Origin: Kofleriaceae bacterium
Lineage (GTDB): Bacteria > Myxococcota_A > Polyangia > Haliangiales > Haliangiaceae
Reading direction: 5' to 3'
DNA length: 40,663 nucleotides
Assembly (NCBI GenBank): GCA_046597055.1
Contig: JBKJLC010000193.1
Span: forward strand, 1-40,663
Part shown: positions 31,944 through 40,663 of the stretch, one piece after another
Numbering within the stretch: the stretch's first letter is position 1
Layout of the letters: each line of letters opens with the position of its first letter
Translations under genes and position numbers: made by a program
Notes under the pieces: model-generated
Told to the model about the DNA's origin: nothing
Seen by the model: only the letters and a program-made list of their open reading frames with translations
Databases searched by the model: none

Positions 31944-32725
31944 TTGGTGGGCGGCTTGGCCGGCGGCTTGGCCGGCGGCTTGGCCGGCGGCGGCGCCGGC
32001 GGGGTGGCGGTGCTCGGCTTGGTGACGCTCAAGTCGCCGGACGCTTCGCCGCTGGTCGGCTCCGGCGCGACGAACTTGTCGCGCACACCCGGGACCTCCT
32101 CGCGACGGTCGACCTTGTTGTCGTAGTCGTCGTCGTAGAGGATCGCGACCAGGTGGCCGTCCTTGTACTGCTCCCAGTAGTCGGGGGTGCCATCGGCGTT
32201 GCGATCGCGGCGGACCGCCGTCAGCGTCTCGAACCGGTCGTAGACCTCGCGGATGTCGTATTTGCCGTCGAAGTCGCTGTCGCGCTCGACCTCGATCCGC
32301 TTGCCGGACTTGGGATCGTAGACCGCGTACATGTCGAACCGGCCGTCGTAGTCGAAGTCGGCTTTCTCGAAGGCGTTCGTGCCGCGCGGGGTGTAGCCGA
32401 CGACCCAGTCCTTGCGGCCGTCGTGGTCGAAGTCGACCTGCTTGCACGACAGCACCTCGAGCTTGGTGCCGCCCTGATCCTCGATCTTGTACATCTTCCA
32501 GACGTCAGGCTTCTGGTCGCGGTTGAGGTCGTAGGTGATGACGTTCTTGCCGCTGGTCTCGCACAGGGTCGGATCGACCTTGGCGACCGTGCTGGATGGG
32601 TCACCGCCGGCGTTGGCCAGGGTGTCCTTCTTCTTGTTCTTGCCGCATGCCGTCCCACCCAGGGCGACAAGCGACGCCAGCAGCGACGCTGTCGCACCGT
32701 GAAGGATTCCCGAGAGGATCCGCAT
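31940..32725 (-). CDS. Lipoprotein with six DxDxDG-type (probable Ca-binding) beta-hairpin repeats
   Basis: Lipobox-like GTAC. Repeats DLNRDQKPD, DFDHDGRKD, DFDYDGRFD, DSDFDGKYD, DRNADGTPD and DDDYDNKVD, then a PPAK-repeat tail. Confidence 0.8.
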   Translation of the reverse strand: MRILSGILHGATASLLASLVALGGTACGKNKKKDTLANAGGDPSSTVAKVDPTLCETSGKNVITYDLNRDQKPDVWKMYKIEDQGGTKLEVLSCKQVDFDHDGRKDWVVGYTPRGTNAFEKADFDYDGRFDMYAVYDPKSGKRIEVERDSDFDGKYDIREVYDRFETLTAVRRDRNADGTPDYWEQYKDGHLVAILYDDDYDNKVDRREEVPGVRDKFVAPEPTSGEASGDLSVTKPSTATPPAPPPAKPPAKPPAKPPTK

Positions 32726-32783
32726 GAGTCGGAGCGTAACGGGGGTCGGGAGGGTACGCAAGGTTCCGTCGACGGCAGCGTGG

Positions 32784-32812
32784 TTGACCCGTGACCTACC
32801 GCAACGTATGGT
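32784..32812 (+). promoter_or_regulatory. Sigma70-type promoter of lepA, TTGACC-N17-TATGGT
   Basis: Near-consensus hexamers with a 17-nt spacer. This supports the start at ATG 32836. Confidence 0.65.
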
Positions 32813-32835
32813 GGTTCGCTTCCGAGCCCTTCAAG

Positions 32836-34638
<1,803 letters not shown>

Positions 34639-34693
34639 GCCCCATGAGCTCTCGCCGGATGCCGGACGTCGGTCGCTCGGGTTGTTCGCGCTG

Positions 34694-35842
34694 ATGACGA
34701 TGTCGAGCGTGACGGTGGCGAGCCGGCTCGACCGGCGGGTGATCAAGGAGGCGCGCGGCCTGGTCCGTGAGGGCCGCTCGGCGCTGGGCCGTCGGCTGAA
34801 CGAGCCCGACGCGCGCATCCTCAAGGACCGGTTGACCCGGGTCGAGGCCGGGCTGCGCAGCAACGATCTGGCCACGGTGCGGCGCGAGCTGCCCGGGCTC
34901 GACGCCGTGGTCGACAAGCTCGCCATCGCCAGCCACAAGTCATCGTGGCGCGAGTACGTCGAGTCGATCGGCGTCGCCATCATGATCGCGCTGCTGCTGC
35001 GCGCGTTCGTGGTCGAGGCGTTCAAGATCCCGTCGGCGTCGATGATCCCGACCATGCAGATCGGCGACTTCATCTTCGTGAACAAGTTCCTCTACGGCGT
35101 CCGGGTGCCGTACACGCGCACCAAGCTGTTCGAGGTCCGCAAGCCGGACAAGGGCGAGGTGATCGTGTTCATGAACCCGTGCACGCCCGAGCGCGACTTC
35201 ATCAAGCGCATCGTGGCGGTCGCCGGCGACACGGTCGAGGTCCGCTGCAACGTCCTCCACGTCAACGGGGCCGCCACGCCGTCGGTGCACGTGGCCGAGC
35301 GCTGCGAGTACTGGGACCTGGACGAGGAGCAGGAGATCTGGGAGACCAACACCCAGAAGGGCGCGCCGTGCAGCCACTTCCGCGACACGCTCGGCGGCTA
35401 CACCTTCAGCACCTACCACGACGCCGATCGGCCGCTGCACCCCGACGAGCCGGGTCGCCACGACTTCCCGCAGGTCCCGCGCGACGACCTCGAGCGTCTG
35501 CAGCAGGGCGACGGCATGCCGTCCTGCCGCGGCACCGACCGCCGCAATCCCGAGGAAAAGGCGCGCTCGATCGGCGTCATCGAGCGCACGGTGCCCGAGG
35601 GCACGAGCCCGGCCAGCGCGTGTGCGTTGCACGCGCACTACCGGGTGCCGCCCGGCCACGTGTTTGTGATGGGCGACAACCGCGGCAACTCGGCTGATTC
35701 GCGCACGTGGGGCCCGGTCCCGCTCGATCACATCAAGGGCAAGGCGATGTTCGTCTGGTTCTCGAAGGGCGAGCCGGTCAAGCGCATTTACACGTTCAAC
35801 ATGAACATCCGCTGGGACCGCATCGGCGACTTCGTCCACTGA
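34694..35842 (+). CDS. lepB: Signal peptidase I
   Basis: AFKIPSASMIPT (catalytic Ser), DFIKRI (catalytic Lys) and MGDNRGNSADSR. It follows lepA. The start is uncertain (34682/34694/34700). Confidence 0.95.
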   Translation: MTMSSVTVASRLDRRVIKEARGLVREGRSALGRRLNEPDARILKDRLTRVEAGLRSNDLATVRRELPGLDAVVDKLAIASHKSSWREYVESIGVAIMIALLLRAFVVEAFKIPSASMIPTMQIGDFIFVNKFLYGVRVPYTRTKLFEVRKPDKGEVIVFMNPCTPERDFIKRIVAVAGDTVEVRCNVLHVNGAATPSVHVAERCEYWDLDEEQEIWETNTQKGAPCSHFRDTLGGYTFSTYHDADRPLHPDEPGRHDFPQVPRDDLERLQQGDGMPSCRGTDRRNPEEKARSIGVIERTVPEGTSPASACALHAHYRVPPGHVFVMGDNRGNSADSRTWGPVPLDHIKGKAMFVWFSKGEPVKRIYTFNMNIRWDRIGDFVH

Positions 35843-35927
35843 CGCCACGGCCGGGCCCGCTCGATCGCGCCGACCACGCACGCCCCCGACGGATCCACAT
35901 CGACCGGAGACCTCACCATTTCCGCGC

Positions 35928-36905
35928 TCACGGCCCGCCGAACCAGGCCTCGAGCACGCACGCGGCCGGCTTGCCGCGCGGGGTGTAGCCCTTGTCAGCA
36001 GCCCCGCCCGCGCCCGACCACTCCCACACGAACATCCCGGCGAGCCCTGGCTGATCGGACCACGCGCGGACCAACGCGGCGAACGCGCGCCGCTGCTCCT
36101 CGAGATCGACCGCGGCATCGCGGGTGTAGTCCCACGGCGCGGCGGCGGCACCATCGATCGACGGGTAGCCGATCTCGGTGATCCACAGCGGCAGGTCGTG
36201 GGCGCGGGCGGCCGCCAGCAGCGCCGCCCGCGGCTTGGTCCAGGCACGGGTCAGGGCGTCCTCCGACGCGGTGGCCGAGGTGGTCAGCTCGAAGTAGCCG
36301 GTCACGCCGATCGCGTCCAGGCGGTCCCAGAAGCTCACGTGCTCGAAGTGGTCCCAGTTCGCGGAGTAGAGGAGGGCGCCGTCGAACGTGCGCTCGACCC
36401 GCGAGATCAGGTGGTACCAGCGCTCGCGCCAGGTCTCGGTCGAGCCGAGCTCGGAGCCGACCAGCAGGGCGGCGGCGCCGCCAGCCTGGGCCAGCCGGGC
36501 GTAGTGGACGATGAACCGCTCATAGCTGGTCCACCAGGTGCCGACATCGGACGGCGCGATGGTCCCGCGCCACGCGCCCGGTCCGGTCCGGTCGAGCGTG
36601 ACGATCGGGAACAAGGTCACCCGCAGGCCATGGGCGTGCGCGGCCGCCAGCGCGGCCACGGTCACCTGGTCGCCGACGGTGAGCGGACCTGGGCCGAGTC
36701 GCACCGCCTTGACGTCGGTCTGGGACCAGGTGACGACCAGCGCGACGTCGGTGGCGCCCAGCGCCGCCAGCTCGGCCAGACGTGCGGTGGCGTCGGCTGG
36801 GGTGGTGCCCGCCCACAGGCCCAGCGCAACGCCGCGATGACGAGGTGGGGCGCCGGGTGCGGTCGCGGTACAGGTCGTGCGGCCCGCGGCCCGCGCGCCC
36901 GCTAC
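35928..36905 (-). CDS. GH113 (beta-mannanase family)/GTA TIM-barrel glycoside hydrolase domain with no in-frame start of its own
   Basis: WRGTI, LLVGSEL (acid/base Glu), YSANWD, GVTGYFEL, ITEIGYPS (nucleophile Glu) and YTPRGKPA. It lies in the -1 frame relative to the upstream gene. Confidence 0.8.
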   Translation of the reverse strand, partial: VAGARAAGRTTCTATAPGAPPRHRGVALGLWAGTTPADATARLAELAALGATDVALVVTWSQTDVKAVRLGPGPLTVGDQVTVAALAAAHAHGLRVTLFPIVTLDRTGPGAWRGTIAPSDVGTWWTSYERFIVHYARLAQAGGAAALLVGSELGSTETWRERWYHLISRVERTFDGALLYSANWDHFEHVSFWDRLDAIGVTGYFELTTSATASEDALTRAWTKPRAALLAAARAHDLPLWITEIGYPSIDGAAAAPWDYTRDAAVDLEEQRRAFAALVRAWSDQPGLAGMFVWEWSGAGGAADKGYTPRGKPAACVLEAWFGGP

Positions 36906-36911
36906 TTTTTT
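36848..36911 (-). other. Candidate -1 programmed ribosomal frameshift signal (A_AAA_AAG + downstream hairpin)
   Basis: The upstream CDS ends CCA AAA AAG TAG. A GC-rich stem-loop (36900-36848) begins 4 nt after the heptamer. Confidence 0.6.
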
Positions 36912-37519
36912 GGGGTCTTGGCCGGCAGCGACAGCTGCTTGAGCGAGGTCGCCAGGGCGTCGCCGACCGCGAGCTCGATCGCCTGCTGGATCGCGTACGT
37001 GCGGTCCTTGGGACGCAGCTTCTTGCCGATGTCGATCTTGATGGTCGAGCTGCCGTCGCCCGAGAAGCCCATCTTCCGCTCCGGGATGGTCTCGCCGAAC
37101 ATGCGCAGCGACAGGCGGATGATCAGCCGCTTCTCCTGGTTGATCGCGGCGTCCTTCTCCTCGATCTCCTCCTCGAACGAGGTGATCTCGACGTTGACCT
37201 TGAAGGCACCGTCGATCCGCTTCTTCTTCAGCCATGCGCGGAACTTCTTGGCGTCGGCGGTCGGGTCGGGCGCGCCCGCGAGGCTGGCGACCAGCTGCGG
37301 ATGCCCGGCGAGCGCCTTGGCCACCTCGGCCTTGGTCGGCTCGAGCACGTCGGCGGTCTTGTCGGCGGGGACGCTCTTGACCGCGACCTGGTCGATCGAG
37401 AGGAAGTACTTCTTCTTGGCGGCCGAGGCCGTCGCGGGGAACGCCAGCAGCGCCAGCAGCGCGACGAGCGCGACGCCAGCGACGGAGTGGGGGCGCGAGG
37501 GGCGCATGGCCGGCATCAT
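36902..37519 (-). CDS. Secreted hypothetical alpha/beta protein
   Basis: Signal peptide ending ASA-A and strong host codon usage. Alternative starts at 37516 and 37507. Confidence 0.8.
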   Translation of the reverse strand: MMPAMRPSRPHSVAGVALVALLALLAFPATASAAKKKYFLSIDQVAVKSVPADKTADVLEPTKAEVAKALAGHPQLVASLAGAPDPTADAKKFRAWLKKKRIDGAFKVNVEITSFEEEIEEKDAAINQEKRLIIRLSLRMFGETIPERKMGFSGDGSSTIKIDIGKKLRPKDRTYAIQQAIELAVGDALATSLKQLSLPAKTPKK

Positions 37520-37553
37520 GCCGAGTCGGACGTGCGCGTGCTACCGTTCATTC

Positions 37554-37700
37554 ATGGTTCGTCGACGGTGGCCCGACGTGATCATCGTCGTCGCGATCCT
37601 CGGCCTGACCGGTGCGGGCGTGTGGGCGATCTGGGGCGACGCGATCTGGGGCACGCGCGACCAGCCCAGCGTCGAGCACGTCGAGGGCGACGGCATCTGA
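37554..37700 (+). CDS. 48-aa single-TM protein, Flp-pilin-like
   Basis: MVRRRWPDVIIVVAILGLTGAGVWAIWGDAIW..., preceded by TGCTACCGT-N6-ATG. It lies directly upstream of a CpaF-like gene. Confidence 0.55.
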   Translation: MVRRRWPDVIIVVAILGLTGAGVWAIWGDAIWGTRDQPSVEHVEGDGI

Positions 37701-37737
37701 CCCGTCCGTACGGCCTCCGATCGGGCGCCGGCGTGGC

Positions 37738-37767
37738 TTGACCGTGGGTTGCGGGAAACGTTAGGGT
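37738..37767 (+). promoter_or_regulatory. Sigma70-type promoter TTGACC-N18-TAGGGT
   Basis: Lies upstream of the GGGAGA RBS and ATG 37835. Confidence 0.5.
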
Positions 37768-37834
37768 TTTCGGGCTGGAGGGCGGGTTTTCGGCCCCTGG
37801 CGTGGCCCTGCCTCGGCGTGTTCCGGGAGACCCA

Positions 37835-40144
<2,310 letters not shown>

Positions 40145-40293
40145 GCCCGGCGGTGCCGGCGGTGCCGCCGGTGCGTTTGCCGACGTCGCCGCGGTCCATC
40201 GCACCACGCGCCGCATGATCGCGCTGCTCTGAGGCCTGCGGTGCACCGCGACGTGAACATCTCCAGGCGCAGGCGATCGGGACTGAGCAGGTC

Positions 40294-40417
40294 TCCGTTC
40301 GTCCGGCGCCCAGAGCTCGCGCGAGCGAGCTCGCAGTCGAATGACGCCGCTCGGCCACCAGGGCGTCCTTCGACTGCGCCCGCCGCTTCGCGTCGGGCTG
40401 CGCTCAGGACGAACGGA
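40294..40417. repeat. Inverted pair of REP-like hairpins, same family as those at 23673-23907
   Basis: 40294-40348 and the reverse complement of 40362-40417 share TCCGTTCGTCC...GCAGTCGAA(G/T)GACGCC. Confidence 0.8.
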
Positions 40418-40428
40418 AGCGAAAGTGA

Positions 40429-40663
40429 TCAGGGCGCGGGCGCGGGCGCGGGCGCAAGTGTGGGCACGGGCGGAAGTGTGGGCGTGGGCGCCCCTGCGGA
40501 TCCCTTCGGCGGCTTGGGCCGGCTGGCGCCCCAGAGCAGGGCCACGAGCCGATCCATGTCGACGTCGAGCTGCGCATCGCTGGCGACCCAGCCCCACAGG
40601 GCGGCGAGCTCGACCGCGGCGCGCACCTCGCTGGCGCTACCGCAGGCCATCTCGAACGAGCGA
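40429..40663 (-). CDS. Four-helix-bundle protein (23S rRNA IVS protein-like family), 5' part outside the window
   Basis: FEMACGSASEVRAAVELAALWGWV...DRLVALLWG matches the family C-terminus. The tail is encoded by GCGCCC-type hexamer repeats. Confidence 0.78.
   Translation of the reverse strand, partial: RSFEMACGSASEVRAAVELAALWGWVASDAQLDVDMDRLVALLWGASRPKPPKGSAGAPTPTLPPVPTLAPAPAPAP

Noticed and set aside
31945..31995. 12-bp tandem repeat ggcggcttggcc
   Set aside because: It simply encodes the PPAK low-complexity tail of the lipoprotein.
36906..37235. ATG 37235 as the start of the GH113 ORF
   Set aside because: It would overlap the secreted gene by ~330 nt in another frame, with off-frame composition and no signal peptide.
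40429..40663. Diversity-generating retroelement (Avd-like four-helix bundle)
   Set aside because: There is no reverse transcriptase or TR/VR pair in the window. The mismatches in the 1-249 repeat are synonymous and the copy is inverted, not adenine-specific.

Overview
High-GC (roughly 70%, by eye) bacterial DNA, most likely Myxococcota. That assignment is inferred from a MYXO-CTERM-type sorting tail, FHA-fused CpaF and RHH-FHA proteins, and many lipoproteins. The window holds about 33 protein genes. I saw no rRNA, tRNA, CRISPR array or transposase. In order it contains: a CoA-activase/2-hydroxyacyl-CoA dehydratase pair; two glutaredoxin-like genes and a TerC gene; an alpha-glucan utilisation locus; a DUF4344 peptidase; an M16 peptidase pair; a saccharopine-dehydrogenase-like gene and a FadL-like gene; a lipoprotein and RHH-FHA facing a STAND ATPase-TPR gene; polysaccharide deacetylase; 2-hydroxyacid dehydrogenase; a degenerate GT28; a His-rich lipoprotein; SGNH hydrolase; cupin; a DxDxDG lipoprotein; lepA-lepB; a secreted protein and GH113 domain; a Flp-like micro-gene; FHA-CpaF; and a partial four-helix-bundle gene. 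The strongest leads are: (1) a candidate -1 programmed ribosomal frameshift (A_AAA_AAG-stop plus hairpin) that would fuse a secreted protein to a GH113 domain lacking its own start codon; (2) a TonB-independent glycogen/starch locus with a LamB-like porin, a permease-SBP fusion, a surface-anchored GH15 and a CBM48 lipoprotein under divergent sigma54-like promoters; (3) a family of REP-like hairpins, three of them nested inside a ~520 bp inverted-repeat-bounded element; (4) several pseudo-enzymes (CpaF, GT28). The first ~100 bp look like a fold-back assembly artefact. All family calls come from motif recognition by eye, not database searches.
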